The notes beneath the pieces are model-generated. The model saw only the letters and a list, made by a program, of their open reading frames with translations, did no database searches and had not been told where the DNA came from. This document shows positions 40,894-55,434 of a DNA stretch of 64,000 nucleotides, piece after piece. The position numbers were made by a program, and so were the translations under genes. This DNA is from Octopus bimaculoides (Eukaryota), in assembly GCF_001194135.2 (NCBI RefSeq), contig NC_068984.1, forward strand, positions 67,248,023 to 67,312,022, written 5' to 3'. Within the stretch, counting starts at the first letter, position 1. Every line of letters begins with the position of its first letter.

Positions 40894-41619
40894 CACACAC
40901 ATACACACACACACAAATATATATATATACAAATATATATATATGTGTGCGTGTGTATGTGTGTGTGTAATAATTTGAACTAATGAGTATATGTCAGTTA
41001 GCGTACTGATGTGTTGAGTAAAGCACTGGCACAATTTAGACTACCTGATGTCATCTGCAGTTGGGGTATATTTTCTTTGGAACTACTTCAGGAATTGCGC
41101 TGTGTTAGTTGAGATAAGAATCGACTGATGGAATTGGTATAGCTCTTTATTTTGACTCGTACTGCAACTGCCCTTTATAGGTCGCATGCTTTGCCTCATA
41201 TTATGTTGGATCGATCTTGTAGTCTGCGTCACATCTGGTACATTCATATATGAAATAGTGTCTTGCTAAAGATCTTGATTTTGGGCAGTCATGTTGTTAA
41301 TTGCCCACTTCATTTTGAGACTTTTAATAAGGTTTGTTTTTTTTGCCTTTAAAACAACGTGAAAATAAAAGATATTCAACAGACTACTTTGGTATTGAAT
41401 ATAATGTAACGCATGTTTTCAACGGTCTATATGTAAACAAAATACAGAATGGTCCAAGACTAAACTAGTCTAAAGATATTTTACTCCGGCAGTACAGAAA
41501 TATTATTTCAACATAATTACTTTTTAAAAGAGATTGTTTGGAGATTGTTTAGGCATTACTCTAACGTATTGGTGGTAATTTTATCTAGTTTTGTGTTGTT
41601 AGCCAACATCATCTATTAA

Positions 41620-41770
41620 TATTGATTTCAAATATATGCACAAGTCCTTACAATTTTCGGAGGGAAGGATATACTCGATTAAGTTTGGCTTCAGTTCTTG
41701 ACTGGTACTTACGTTATCGATCGTGCCGGAAGTATGAAAGACAATTTCGATGAAGGTGAAATAGAAAATT
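41620..41770 (-). mobile_element. Degenerate SINE family B fragment
   Basis: Plus strand gatttcaaatatatgcacaag...actggtacttacgttatcgatc...gaagtatgaaagacaa is the reverse complement of the B core and tail. Confidence 0.55.
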
Positions 41771-41834
41771 AGGACATCATATTTTATTGTTGGAAGAGAG
41801 GTAATGTAAGAACGAGAGAAAGAAAGAGGACGCA

Positions 41835-41835
<1 letters not shown>

Positions 41836-41933
<98 letters not shown>

Positions 41934-41970
41934 AAGAGAGAGAGAGATATAGAGAGAGATAGAGAGAGAG
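41836..41970. repeat. (GA)n microsatellite, about 135 bp
   Basis: Direct reading of the sequence. Confidence 0.95.
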
Positions 41971-42984
41971 GGGGGCAGACAAGGAAAGGTGAGAGAAAGA
42001 AAAAATAATATCAAATGATATAAACGTGAAATATAATCAGAAAAAAGTATCCCTGTAAATTATCTATCAATCAGTCATCGACATTTATATTATTCTATCA
42101 ATGTAATTGTTTTATATTGCTGTGTAATAAATAATTAAAGTTTAAAATATCTGAATTAGATTATTATTTATTTGGCAGAATCCGTAGAGCAGAATCGTTC
42201 GACTAAAATTCTTGTGGTATTTATTAAAGTTGTGTGGAAGTCCTGCTGAACATGACACCAACATTTAGCCTACTGGTTGAGCCAATTAAATACCAAGTAA
42301 ATATGAAATTCCATTTCACTGAACTGCCTCCCCCTATATAAATTATGAACGTAACTCATTTTGATTATAGTTAATATTTTTCACCGGTATGACATACGAG
42401 AGAGTGAAAACGGTAAATGTGGTGAAGTCTACAATCATTTATAATAAAACACGTTTTCAGATGAAATTAACCAATATTAAATGCGTAAGAAATTTTGTTT
42501 CCTCACATATTAGCGTATACATGTGGAAATATTTTCTAAAAATATTGCTGTTTCGGTTCTAAACTGTTACGCACTAGCAGTAAATTATACACAACTAATA
42601 TTGATTTTTCTACTTCCATAATGCAACAAATGTGATAAGAGAAGGATATTTTTGATGATAGTCATTCACTGCATATGAATGATACTTATCTTGTTGACCT
42701 CAAAGAAATATAAACAAAATGCAAAAATGACATCTATTGGATTTGATCTCAGAAAATTGAAAGTATAAATTATATATTGCAAAATATATTGTAATTGCTT
42801 TTCTTTCTACTGCATCATTCTAAAGTAACTATTACAGTACGGAGAATAGATCCAGGCAGCATTTGGATACGATTTATAAACTACTATTTAGAGTTATGGG
42901 ATTTGACCAATTAGCAAATTACAAAAGTAAGACTGAACATTTTAAAGTTAACTGAATATCAGCTAATATTGTATATGTGTTATA

Positions 42985-43170
42985 AAGGCGGAGAGCTGGC
43001 CAAATTGTTAACACGACGGGAGAAATTCATAGATCAAATTCCGCCGATGTTGACTTTGCCTTTCATTCTTTCAGGTTCGATAAAATAAGTATTAGTTGTA
43101 CCATGGGGTTGGTATAATTGACTTATACCCATCCCTGAAATTTCTGACCTTGCGCCAAAATTTGAAACCA
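42985..43170 (+). mobile_element. SINE family B copy followed by (AT)n
   Basis: aaggcggagagctggc...caaattccgccgatgttgactttgcctttcattctttcaggttcgataaaataagta...ttgcgccaaaatttgaaacc. Confidence 0.85.
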
Positions 43171-43172
43171 AT

Positions 43173-43216
<44 letters not shown>

Positions 43217-44371
43217 ATGTTACTTTGGCAAAAAGAAAATATTAAAATTGGAATTTATAAGAGCTTTCTAGACAATATGGGAGTTTAGTAATTGCTTTCT
43301 TTTAGTACAAGTTACGTAACTTAATTAATAAGCGCAGCTATCTTCATTATTGTATAGATACCAATAAACTAGTTCTTTTTAATCATCAATTTTAAGAAAG
43401 AGTAAGAAAAATACAATTTGAAAACAGGTAACAGTTAAATGTTCGGAAAGAGGGTAAACTTCACCAGTAGAAATGATTCCATTTTCATTCTTCATAAATC
43501 ACTAAATATTGATTTATACTTCCAGGAACAAAGTGTATTGTCTAACATATAGAGATAATAAAGTAAAAGTTTGGCAGGCTTTATCAAGGAAATTGAAATT
43601 TCTTTTCCTCGCCAAAATATGTTTGAATCATTTAATATTTACAAAGTCCTGATGTGCAAAATCATGGAATGTTGCTTCTATATTGGAAATTGTGTATTCA
43701 CCCCACTTACTAAATATTAGATCGTTTCCAAAGACGTAATTTATTTGAAGGACAAAACTTCCAGATTCTTCCATCTGGAATTTACACATTTCTCCTCTTT
43801 CCATTGAATACACAATCTCTCTCTCCCTTTCTCTCCTTGCTCTCTCGCCTTGAAGAAACGCTGTGCCCATTTTGTCTAAAATTTATTCGCCTAAAAATGT
43901 AATCTTTAAAGCCTCATAACGCAAATATTGATTTACAGTTAGTCAAATACAACATTTCATTGTTGTACTTGTTTGGCTAGTGATTTCAACCGACACCTGA
44001 CGTTGAAACTAAAACAATTACCGCATCGTATAATGATATTAGACATTTAAATTGACGCGTACAGTTATATTTACTGCTGTGTTATTTTCTTACAACTATA
44101 TATATAGTAAATATCGAGAATGATCTTCATGTATGTACGATGTAGTTACTTATTCTCTATTACAGTGTACTGTATACTTACACAATTTAATTTATGTACC
44201 TTACCTTATTGTGAAGATTATAAAATCTCTAAACATACTTTAGTTTTTCACCACATCTGAATAATAGTAACTATGGCGATTTGAAGTGGGAAATACGAAG
44301 GTTTTGGTCAATGAGGGGCATAGATGTGGTAGTAATTGGCGCACTTCGAAGTATCAGCACTCAACTACCAT

Positions 44372-44495
44372 CACGGTTCAAAAAAATTTTGCCAGAAGGG
44401 CAGCAATTCTGGGGAAGAGGATAAGTCAATTACATCGATCCCAGTGTTTAACTGGTACTTATTTTATCGACACCAAAATGATGAAAGGCAAAGAG
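44372..44495 (-). mobile_element. SINE family B 3' half
   Basis: agtcaattacatcgatcccagtgtttaactggtacttattttatcgacacc...gatgaaaggcaaag. Confidence 0.75.
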
Positions 44496-44665
44496 GGAGA
44501 GGGAAACGTCCATGGCATGAGGTAGACGGAATGGAATTGTAACGCTTTCACGTGGTTAGTTGTAGGGAAAGAGAGGAGAGAGACAAAGAGGATAAGGCGA
44601 AGAGTGAGACAGAGAGAGAAAGAAAAAGAGAGGGAAAAAAGACGGAGAGAGAGAATGAGAGGAGG

Positions 44666-44750
44666 GAGAGAAAGAGAGGAGAGAGAAAGAGAGGGGAGAG
44701 AAAGAGAGGAGAGAGAAAGAGAGGAGAGAGAAAGAGAGGAGAGAGAAAGA
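44666..44750. repeat. 15-bp GA-rich tandem repeat (GAGAGAAAGAGAGGA), 5-6 copies
   Basis: Direct reading; it produces the periodic RGERK and SLSSL pseudo-peptides. Confidence 0.85.
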
Positions 44751-44924
44751 GTGGAGGGAGACACAAACCAGGTTACGTCTTCAAGTATTGTGGGTAAAGT
44801 TTTCAGAAATAACTTAGTAGTAGTAGTAGTAGTAGTAGTAGTAGAAGTAGTAGTAGTAATAGCGATAATAAATCTAACAATAATAATATTAAGAAGAAAT
44901 GGGAGCAAAGGCCAGTGGAAAACA

Positions 44925-45440
44925 AATACCCGTCTAGAATTAGCAATCCTGATGTAGATCAAACACTTACTTATCAGTGGTTGTAATGCTCTGGTCTCAA
45001 ATCAGAAACCGAGGAGTATATCATTGCTGTTCAGGATCGTCCGTTCCAGCTGGGAACTACCATGAAATATGAAAGCAGTTCATCATGCCGCGTATACGGA
45101 GAGTATCCAGAGACAATCTACAACACAATCTCTGGATGCAATAGACTGGCACCAACTGAATACTTGCAAAATCATGACGTACTGGTCGCGAAATACAAGC
45201 AACACGACCTGGACTCATCGGGAAAAAACATATCGAAAATCTTGTCTTCGGATGAATGTTGCAAACCTGAACAAGTATAAAGGGACTTAAAATTGAAACC
45301 TGAAGAATGTGTCATCTCAAAACAGTACCACAATCATATCAAAAGGAAGAAAAGAGTATGTAGATAATCCCTGGCAGCCTTAACATAAGCGAATTAGAAG
45401 GTTCATACTTATAGGTACCTCAGATATTCTTTGTAAATTC
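44925..45440 (+). mobile_element. Decayed R4/Dong-like non-LTR retrotransposon 3' fragment (zinc-knuckle region to ORF end)
   Basis: Translation: PDVDQTLTYQWL*CSGLKSETEEYIIAVQD, SSCRVYGEYPETIYNTISGCNRLAPTEYLQNHD, and the end GTSDILCKFLSV*. These match the LKxETE..IxAxQDQ / CRxC..ET..HI.SGC..LA..EY..RHD motifs of RLE-type elements. Confidence 0.8.
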
Positions 45441-47080
45441 CTCTCCGTGTAAAGTGAAGGGTTCTACACGATTTAGAGTATACTAGCTGTGTTCTCTAAT
45501 ATAAACATTTTCTTCTTCAAAAACAGTGTCTAGAGGCACTGTTTTATTTTCCCTCCATTTGGTCATCGAACGACGCTTGGTGATTTCCTTGCAAAACAAT
45601 GTTTTTGATTGAAATTTTGTTAGGTAACAGAATACAAAGGTAGTTTCCTGGTTCTTTGATTCGGTTGCTTTTTATCATGTAACATTTTCGACAAAAGAGA
45701 GAAAGCAGGAAAAATATCGTCCGGAATACGTGATTTATCGACCACGAAGATATGAAGTGCAATAAATTTTGAATCCAGATAGCAGAAATCCGAAACAAAT
45801 TGAGTAAATATTTCAGATTTATCGCACAGAAGAAAAACGGTGTTCCCTTCACAACTTGCTGAAAATTATTAAGGGTGCACGGAGTCAATTAGACTCAATC
45901 AGGTATTTGAAACTGAACTTATCCATAAAAGGATTGGGAGCTTATCTTATTGAAGGTAACTGAATTTACTTCCTATATCTAAAGTATTATAGATATTCTA
46001 ATGCGAAAAATTTATTGGAATTTCTCTGAGCGTTCATATTTGTTTTACAACTCGTTTTACAAGTTTATTGCCAATATATGAATATTTTCTCACATATCTG
46101 TTTTGCGAAGATATATTTTTTCGATTGCTCATTCTAAATCAATATATCAGCATGTAGGCGTCTACATTTTTGCTATTTTGCTTAACTTATATATTCAAAT
46201 TTTAAATTTATTTTCCAATTATGATGGATGCAGAAACACTACCTATGTGTTGCAGCTATGTGCTTAAAATAAAATCTTCATAATTTATTCTTTCATAATT
46301 TTAACTAATATACTTCGTGAATACAAAAAATACCTCTGCAATATGGTTTCCTTCCTCGAGGATATATATCCTGTACCTTGTCAGCACAAAATAAATTAAA
46401 CCCGTTGGTTATGACGGCTAGCGTCACTGCTCATTATCTTCTGCTATTAATTTAGTTTTATCAACTCCGTTCTTTCGAATATATGCCTCGTGGGATGAGG
46501 AACATCCTTTTTCTCGATTATAAATAAGTAACTTGGACGTAAGCAGCAGTCAGAATTGATTGCCTTAATTGCTAAGAATTGCTGTCATTGCAAGCATGCA
46601 TTTTTACTAGATTTTTTTCCCTCTTGAATTCTGTCTGTACTATCTTTCATTCAGCTATTAATAACTTAACATTTCTAATGGAACTATGCGCAAAAATGGC
46701 TGTTTGTTTCTCCGTAATAATCTCAAATATTAATTTCATGTATAGTATACAAATAGTCATTTGGTTTCTAGTCATATTTATCATAATATTACTGATAACA
46801 AATCTTGTCTATTACCGAGCGACGTATGAAACTTCTGGATTATAGCTTAGCGCTTCAGGGTCTAAGTGAGTCAAATTCTAAAATAACATCAAAATGTACT
46901 GTTGCTTCAATAGGCTATCTTTGGTTCATTGTAAATGAAGAAGCCGACTGAAAGAAATGTATCATAAGTTATTCCAAAAATGTTCGAAATATATATGAAA
47001 ATTTATGCCGAAAACTTTAGTGATGTAAATATAATATTTAGAAGAGCTTGTAGCGAGATTACTTAGCTTCAGTTTCTTAG

Positions 47081-47194
47081 TCTAAAGCCAGTGTCAAAGA
47101 TATTTCACGTAGCACTAAATATTCAGCAAGCGAGCAACGGCTGCCTGGCCGGAGGCGTGCTTCTTTGTTTCTTCAAAGAATTAGCGTTCACTAA
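47081..47194 (+). CDS. Candidate terminal coding exon (SKASVKDISRSTKYSASEQRLPGRRRASLFLQRISVH*)
   Basis: Acceptor cttcagtttcttag, 37 codons then TAA, GC-richer than its flanks, phase 0 compatible with the 38815-38950 exon. Confidence 0.45.
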   Translation, partial: SKASVKDISRSTKYSASEQRLPGRRRASLFLQRISVH

Positions 47195-47204
47195 GCTAAC
47201 TGAA

Positions 47205-47625
<421 letters not shown>

Positions 47626-47702
47626 ATTATAATTATTATTAAATAAAATGTAGTCCGTTGTCTTCTGCTGAACCGGGGTCATCCGTTGACCCTAGGGTCA
47701 CA

Positions 47703-47739
<37 letters not shown>

Positions 47740-47744
47740 TGTTA

Positions 47745-48118
47745 TTGAGTGAGAAAGCATTGCATGCCATCAAAATGACATTGGGGTAAAATATAGGAAG
47801 CCCAGTATACCCATCATGACTACCCGTCTGATAAGGGTACACCAGGCACATGCACCAGAGCCATATGTGCGTGACATGCTGATCTCATATCAAGATAAAC
47901 AGCGCATGATCTTTCAGGTGGGGGCCTAGTTAAAATTTTCTTCAAGTCAAGTAGCCCATCCCACTCAAAATGTCCCCGAATAAGGGTTATTTAAAGATGT
48001 TGAACAAAACACCCATGTTTCTGGAGTTGAATTATCCAAACCTTAAATAATTCCTCTCAACACAAGGCTATGATACTCCCCCACTGCTTCTGCTCGTGAT
48101 CAGAGATGCACATGACGT
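47745..48118. mobile_element. Unclassified interspersed repeat bounded by ATT/GTT triplet runs
   Basis: A GC-richer block set between (ATT)n runs; the sub-motif actacccgtctgat recurs at about 23339. No coding signature seen. Confidence 0.45.
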
Positions 48119-48158
48119 CGTTATTATTGTTGTTGTTGTTGTTGTTATTATTTTTGTT

Positions 48159-48224
<66 letters not shown>

Positions 48225-49351
48225 GCCACATTTAATTCATTGTTGCTTTAAATCTAGTGTTTTCTTTTTCCTTTCTACCACGTTTGGACTGAAACAATTG
48301 AAAAACTATTCAAGATCTATAGTGTCTCATATGCCTTGAAGTATTTTAATTTCTAGCTTTACCATCTGTTATCGTTTAACTTTTGGTGAGCTTTGGCAGA
48401 TCAAACATGTACAATTCAGCCTTGTTCGACTTGCTCTTGTTTTAGACGGGGTATCAAGGTCTATATTTTGCAGATAGTAGAATGAATTTTGTGGGAAGTT
48501 TTGCTGCTATTTCTACCGAATCAAACGTCCACAAATAGATTTCTTGTTGTCTCAAGTTATGTCTTTTATTGGCTTCCAATTCAAGAGAATTCAATTGCTT
48601 ATGCTTCTTATATAACAATAACAACTTGGTAGTTATAAAAAGAAATCAATTTTAAAATTCTAAGAGCCAAGCACAGAGAAAAATACGCATTTGAAGAGCT
48701 GACTATGTGACCCTATTTTAAATCTCACTTTCCTTACTTGAGAAGATGAACGTTACATATTCTCATTTTCTTCTTTATAAATGTGAAGCATATTTAAGTA
48801 TTGAACATGCAGAAGTTACTTATATATATCAGTATAGATTTGAACAACGATTTTCAATTACGGTTGTATATTAATAACTCCAGAATAAACTTAATACTGA
48901 TATTTATCCATTGAATTCTGAAACGAATTGTAGATACTATGAGTTATGGACAAATAAAATTGCAAATCGAGACGAATGTGTCTTTCCGTTGAGAGCCAAC
49001 ATTGATTTAATATCATATTATCAATATTCAATATAGCAGTAACTCAACGTTTGACTCTTCATTTAAATTACTTTTCTGTGTATATTTTCAGTACTCATTT
49101 TTTAACCACAAGCTGGCCCTCTGCTGTCAAAAATGACGGCCAATTGTAGTATTTTATATATAAATAAGGTATAAAGTAATTACATAATAATCACAGATAC
49201 AAATATTCACATACTTCTGTTGTACATGCACATACATACACACACATACATACACACACATACTCAGAGTTGAAATGCTGTTTGATTTTTCGTTTCAGCG
49301 TTCGCCGTCCCATTTCCATTGCATACACACACGTACACACACACACACACA

Positions 49352-49383
<32 letters not shown>

Positions 49384-49592
49384 TAGCTCCCTTTTACATA
49401 CACACACATATACTCACACAGAGTTGAAACGTTTAGTCTTTTTTTTTCACACCCTTCCTTCCTTATTCATTTATCATCCCTTCCTTTCTCCATTGCTATC
49501 ACTCACTGAATTACTATTTCCTCTCCTCTCCTCTCCCTTCACTTATACTACTCTTTCTCTTACTCCGTCTGACTCCTAATCTGTTATTTTGG

Positions 49593-49629
<37 letters not shown>

Positions 49630-50232
49630 CGCTCATTATTATATTAGGAGATCCTATGTATTTCACTACTGATAATGATATTTATTATATTATTTCGTTA
49701 TTTATGTATTTATTTAGCGACTCTATTGACGCAGCATATAATTTGAGCGTCTGAAAGTGACTGTTATTTCTAATCTGCTTGTGAATTACATCTTCAAAAT
49801 ATTCATCACTAAAACAAAATCAGTATCGCTTATTCTACGTGTGCTGCTGCAAATTAGATAACTTTGACATTAAGGGAATTTGGTTTGGTGACCATATGAA
49901 CACGAAGAATATGAAATGGTGATCTTTGAAAACCAACCATATTACCATATTAGCTAATTTCAATAAAGTAGGTTTCAAAATCTACCGCCGTGCACGTGAG
50001 CTTAGTGATTTTGGATAAGAAAATCATAATAAAAATGGAGCTGGCCAAAACACAAACAATTGCTTTCAAGCAGAGCGTTGACAAGTCTAAAATAATCGAC
50101 GCTTAGGATTTGTTATGAGGAACACTAAAGATTAGTTCTTGAGTAAATATACATATGGCGCGGTAAACATTTTGCTTCTCAACCTCTTTGTCCTTTTGAG
50201 TAGATTTGAGGCCGAAAACTACAAGTTTGTCG

Positions 50233-50295
<63 letters not shown>

Positions 50296-50426
50296 GGATA
50301 TACATATATATANNNNNNNNNNNNNNNNNNNNNNNNNNNNNNNNNNNNNNNNNNNTATATATATATATATATATGCACAGATACGTATATATATACATAT
50401 ATATACATTTATATACATATCTATCT

Positions 50427-50457
<31 letters not shown>

Positions 50458-51974
50458 AACGCTAAAACGTTAATCATTTGTAGTCTATTATTTAGGGAAT
50501 GCCTTCAAATTGATAACGTATTATAAAAATCTTATTCGAATTATAACTATTGTAATTTTATTCATGATTATTTAAGAATTAATCAACATATGATTGAAGT
50601 CGATATCCTGATAGGCACGCAATCCATATACAATATAATTGATTTTAAGAAGTTAAATAAATAATTATGCTCCGTCCTGGCGTAAACTTTCTAACTTTTA
50701 CTTGTCAAACTAGCATCAACTTATTTGTTCTCTTTATGTTTGTACCAACGTTTAGAAAAGATATTCCCCCTCCCCCTCCCTGTCATTCTCTGTTCAACCT
50801 ATTCAACCCTCTCTCTTTCTCTCTTTCTTCATAAACACACACGCATGCCCGCACGCGTATATTAGCGCATATAGTCTAGGAATTTTTGTAGTATGTAAAG
50901 CAATCGCTTACATATTCACGTCTTCTAATTAAATATATTTGGTATGGATTGCGTGCTAAACTGTATTTATGTATGACAGAATTCAATAGCATTTGTAGAT
51001 CAATTTTTAATTAGTCATGAACATAATTACAATATAGTTATATCTTGACGAAGATCTTCATTGCAAATTGTCAATTTAAAGACATATTTGCACATATAAG
51101 TCTATCTATCTATCTATCTATTTACACACACATACGCACTTGCGCGCGTGTACACATGCACACGCAGGCATAGAAGCACAGCTACGAAACTGAGTTGTGA
51201 TATGGTTTGTTATCATTCTCTATGAATGGTGTACAATCGACCTTGGGAATGTTAAAGCAGGTGTATAAACTGATCTTTAGTGGACACAAATGAAAGATAA
51301 CTTTAATTAGTTTGGAGTCACAAGTGGTAAGATCAGCAGTTCTGCATATGTTTCTATTTTTATTTAAAGAGTTTTAAGTAATATCTAGACATAAACCACT
51401 TCATGCTTAGCAACATCTACATCTGGTGTTTGTATTTGTATGGCTGTTGTGCATACTATAAAATATCTTGATATGATTTTTCCTCGAAAGTGCTTGATTT
51501 AGCCAAGACTGAAGACTTGATCTTGTCACTTTTTTTTTATCTCGGTTTGGCTCAATGCGCTTGTAGAATGAGATTTAATAAGAACACGAGAAACATGAAG
51601 GAAAATTGCGTTTAAAATACCAAAATATGAAATTTCTGCATTAAAAGGAAAAGCTACAATTCTGTGAGATAAAAAAGAGTTGAAAACAGCATGAAAAAAC
51701 AAGTTTTTATAGAAGGAAAAGAGATGTGATTATGCGTTAAATAATAGAAAAACAATAGTCTTCTTTTTCCGTTTTTATTTGTCTTTCTACTTTTTGTATG
51801 GACCTTTTTTCGCGTGGTTTCTCATATACTAGCGTCCTCATTTTCAAAGAGAACAGATCATGTTCTCACAGCCAAAGAGTTGGAGACACAAGGCACGTTA
51901 TAAAAAACTACTTAGACACGTGTCTTTTCAGTAATAAACTATTAGTAGTTTTTATCATTATGCTGTGTACATTA

Positions 51975-52052
<78 letters not shown>

Positions 52053-55000
52053 CTATGTATGTATATGTACTTTGTGTGTATATGTATGTATATGTATCTA
52101 TGTACTGTGTGTGATTTCCGTTTGCTTACGTAATAGAGTTCAATGTTAAAAATATGATATTGCTTAATTAGATCTATTCATCTTCCCCAAGCATGGCCAT
52201 TGGTATGGTATTTGCACTGATATTAAGACATTTCTATTATAATTTTACTGATAGTAATATATTCAGTTGCAGTTTCCTACAATTCATGTAATACATTTAA
52301 TGTACATTTTCTTTGTTTAATAAAGTGTGATCTCAGCTTCATTGATTCTGTTGAACTCATTTCTGTATCATTCTACACTGTAGTCTACACTGTTTCTTTA
52401 TGCTTGCTAAAGACTTGAAACTGTTTTATTTCGTAGATATAATTTCGAATTGTACAACTGAGATTGTATGCGTCTGTGAACACACACTACTTTCTTGTAT
52501 ATATAGGTATTCGCGTAACTAAACGTCATATATTTGTTGTATATTTATCCATGAAAATAGGGTGTACTTGACCCGAGGAGTTTTACTGAAACTACTATGG
52601 ACAGTGAAGTTAAATCCATTGCTATTTTCCAGGTTTCTATTTAGTTGATCAACGACTATTTCGTTTAATTAGCGGATGCAGACTGTCGTTACATGTATGT
52701 ACAACTCTTCTTTTGATAACAGTCATATAGAACACAGTGAAAGTGGATCTTATTGAAGAACGTACAGCTTTTAAGCTGTATACTCGTGAAAGGACAATTC
52801 TAGTCCCATATTGTACGTCTGTTATAAAGCAATGATAATACACGCCAACAATAACCGCTCCAACTAGTAGATAGCAACCTGAAGTTCTAAAAATGTCGAA
52901 GAAGTTTAGAAGGCGGCTTTTTCCAGATAAAGGGTGAATTTACTAAGACGTTCGCTAATGCATTCCAAATTATTTAAGTCAAGATGATAATGTCTGTGAG
53001 AGGGATGGCAATGATGACGAAAATCTAAACACCACTCTCAGCGCTGAGTATATTTTTCTAAGAAAATCTACATATTAAATATCTGCGGCTCAGAAAAATG
53101 CTTCTGTACGTTATAATTAATGAACGGCATATATTCTTTCATATTTCTATATTTTCAGTACTACATTTCATAAACATCAAATTACTAATAAGAGTTAAAT
53201 GTAAAACACTGGTAATATGTGATTGAAAAGCCTTATACGATTATAAATTTGCTTGGATCTTTCGTTGTAGGCTTGGAATCTAATATATTTAATTCTTATT
53301 TTTCTGAATATCTGTATAGAGACGTGAAAGTTTTAAGTAAATAACTATGAGACAGTTCATAAAAGTCATTTTATAAAAAGTATGTTCTAAGTAAAGTGTT
53401 TGCCCTGCAAGTACTTCATGGGTGAAGTTATTTTCGTTAAAAAAAATCATTAAGCCATTTGGTAAAAGAGCACGAAGCTCAGTCTTTCCGACAAATATTC
53501 TTGATCGCATATTAATCCGTTGTTTTACGTGCGTGTAAAACATATTAAAGAGTGTATTCTGAAACTTCTGTAGAGATAGCCTGTCAAATTCTCTTAAGTA
53601 ATTCCAGCACTGCACGATCGGATATGGTATAATAATAATGATGTATGATGATTTTATTGACCGAGAATTAATCTAATAGAACTTACATGTAAACGTCTAA
53701 TCACGGCTATGAACTTTTCCATTAAAGTACACCATTAAACATATCCTAAGCTGTAAGGTCAGTGTTTCATGTTAAATACAAGCAATGGTTTTCTAATTTA
53801 AATTTTGTAATGGAGATATGCTTTATTTTGTTTCCACTCATGAAATCTTGTTTATAAATGGCGGCTAATAGTTTTAACTTTTAACCCGCTTTTCTTTCTT
53901 CAAGTTAATAGTGTCAAACAATATTAAAAATATTGGATGTTATAACTGAAATGTCTTTCATTTTATAAAAGAGATGGTATTAAATTTCAATGAAAAATAA
54001 TGTTGTTTTAGTGACATTGACACTATTTTTATAAAAGAAAAATGATGCATGAAGCAATTTCATCAGTAACACTAATATCATTTTCCCATGAGGAATAGCC
54101 AAATATAAGTTATGAAAAACATATTATGAGACACCCATTATATTTACATTTATTACATAAATATTTCTTTCTCAAGAAGAGTACTGCTGGTTTTCTAAGT
54201 AGAGGATATGATAAATATTTAAATAGCGAATGAATAGAGTCGATGCCCACTAGTTAAATAGAATGCTAATAATTCCCACCCATACAGTTACGTATTTAAT
54301 GTTTATATCACATTCATACAGACAACACGGATTTAGTTTTGCTGTATAATAACAACATTTAGTCTAAAAGAAAGCAAAATAACAAATTTCCTGACTGGCA
54401 ACTGGCAACTCAACGACTTATTTCACTGCTTATAGGTTCACTGCGAATAATCTTTGCTCATACTTATGATCAGAAGAAGGTGTGGAGATGTTCTAGCTAG
54501 GAACATTCAAAAGTTTATACATTTCTATTTGGAAATTATTTCTAACAAACTGAATAATCTCGTAGAAGCTCACTTTTTGACTTGGAAGCATTTGATTGTT
54601 GTTGGTGATGTTTAGTTAGGATGTGAGACAAGATCGCGCAGGCCTACGATCAAATGCATTACATCCGTGACCGTTCCCTCTTTTTCTTATATGCAGCGTG
54701 CCCTGGGTGACATGTATCGTTTTTCCAAGTCGTTGTAGTGTGATTTTTGGATGATCTAATTACCATTTCTATAGGTCTATAGAATGCGGAGTGACCCATT
54801 CCCCAAAATTCGGCCTCGTACCTATGTTACGAATTAATACTCATGCAGTGTTTATCATTTGGATTGTAATTCGAGATATGTATGTATTTGTAAGAACCTT
54901 TCGTTCTCGATGTAATTGAATAAACTGGAAGAATGGATAAAATCATAAATATTCTAATGAATATCCATATTAACGGAAAGTAAATGTGGTGAACAAAACC

Positions 55001-55205
55001 AAGACATCTACTTAGTAAATGAGAATAGATTGAATTGAAATCCAAATAATGGACTACTCAATTACTGTTATCTACTTGTACAAAATTCTTTAGAGAATCC
55101 TCGAAATTTGAAGAAATTACATTTTTCACTAAATCTCAAGAGAATAAAACCATTATTTACATTATTTACAATTGACGGATATTTGTCCTCATCTTGCTTG
55201 TTGTT

Positions 55206-55251
55206 AACACAACGTTTCGGCTGATATATCCACCAGCCTTCCTCAGGTGCC
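55206..55251 (-). ncRNA. Minimal type-I hammerhead ribozyme motif with intact core
   Basis: GGCAC CUGAGGA A GGCUG GUGGAUAUAU CAGCC GAAAC GUU GUGUU: stem I GGCAC/GUGUU (2 G-U pairs), 5-bp stem II, palindromic ACGU stem III, GUU cleavage triplet. Confidence 0.7.
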
Positions 55252-55317
55252 TTCTGGAAATTTCGAAATTTGGGTTCTCATTCCTAAGGTATTTTTCGAT
55301 GTTGTTGTTATTGTTAC

Positions 55318-55368
<51 letters not shown>

Positions 55369-55388
55369 CATTACAACAATTTCCCGAA

Positions 55389-55434
55389 GACACCTGATGA
55401 AGGCTGGAGGCTATATCAGCCGAATCGTTGTGTT
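55389..55434 (+). ncRNA. Hammerhead motif copy with a GAAA to GAAU core mutation
   Basis: GACAC CUGAUGA A GGCUG GAGGCUAUAU CAGCC GAAU CGUU GUGUU. Confidence 0.55.

Noticed and set aside
44552-44957. R/E-rich ORFs resembling splicing-factor or coiled-coil repeats
   Set aside because: They derive from a GA-rich 15-bp tandem repeat and (TAG)n.
53289-53615. 108-aa minus-strand ORF
   Set aside because: AT-rich, no recognisable motif, weak donor sites; compatible with chance.
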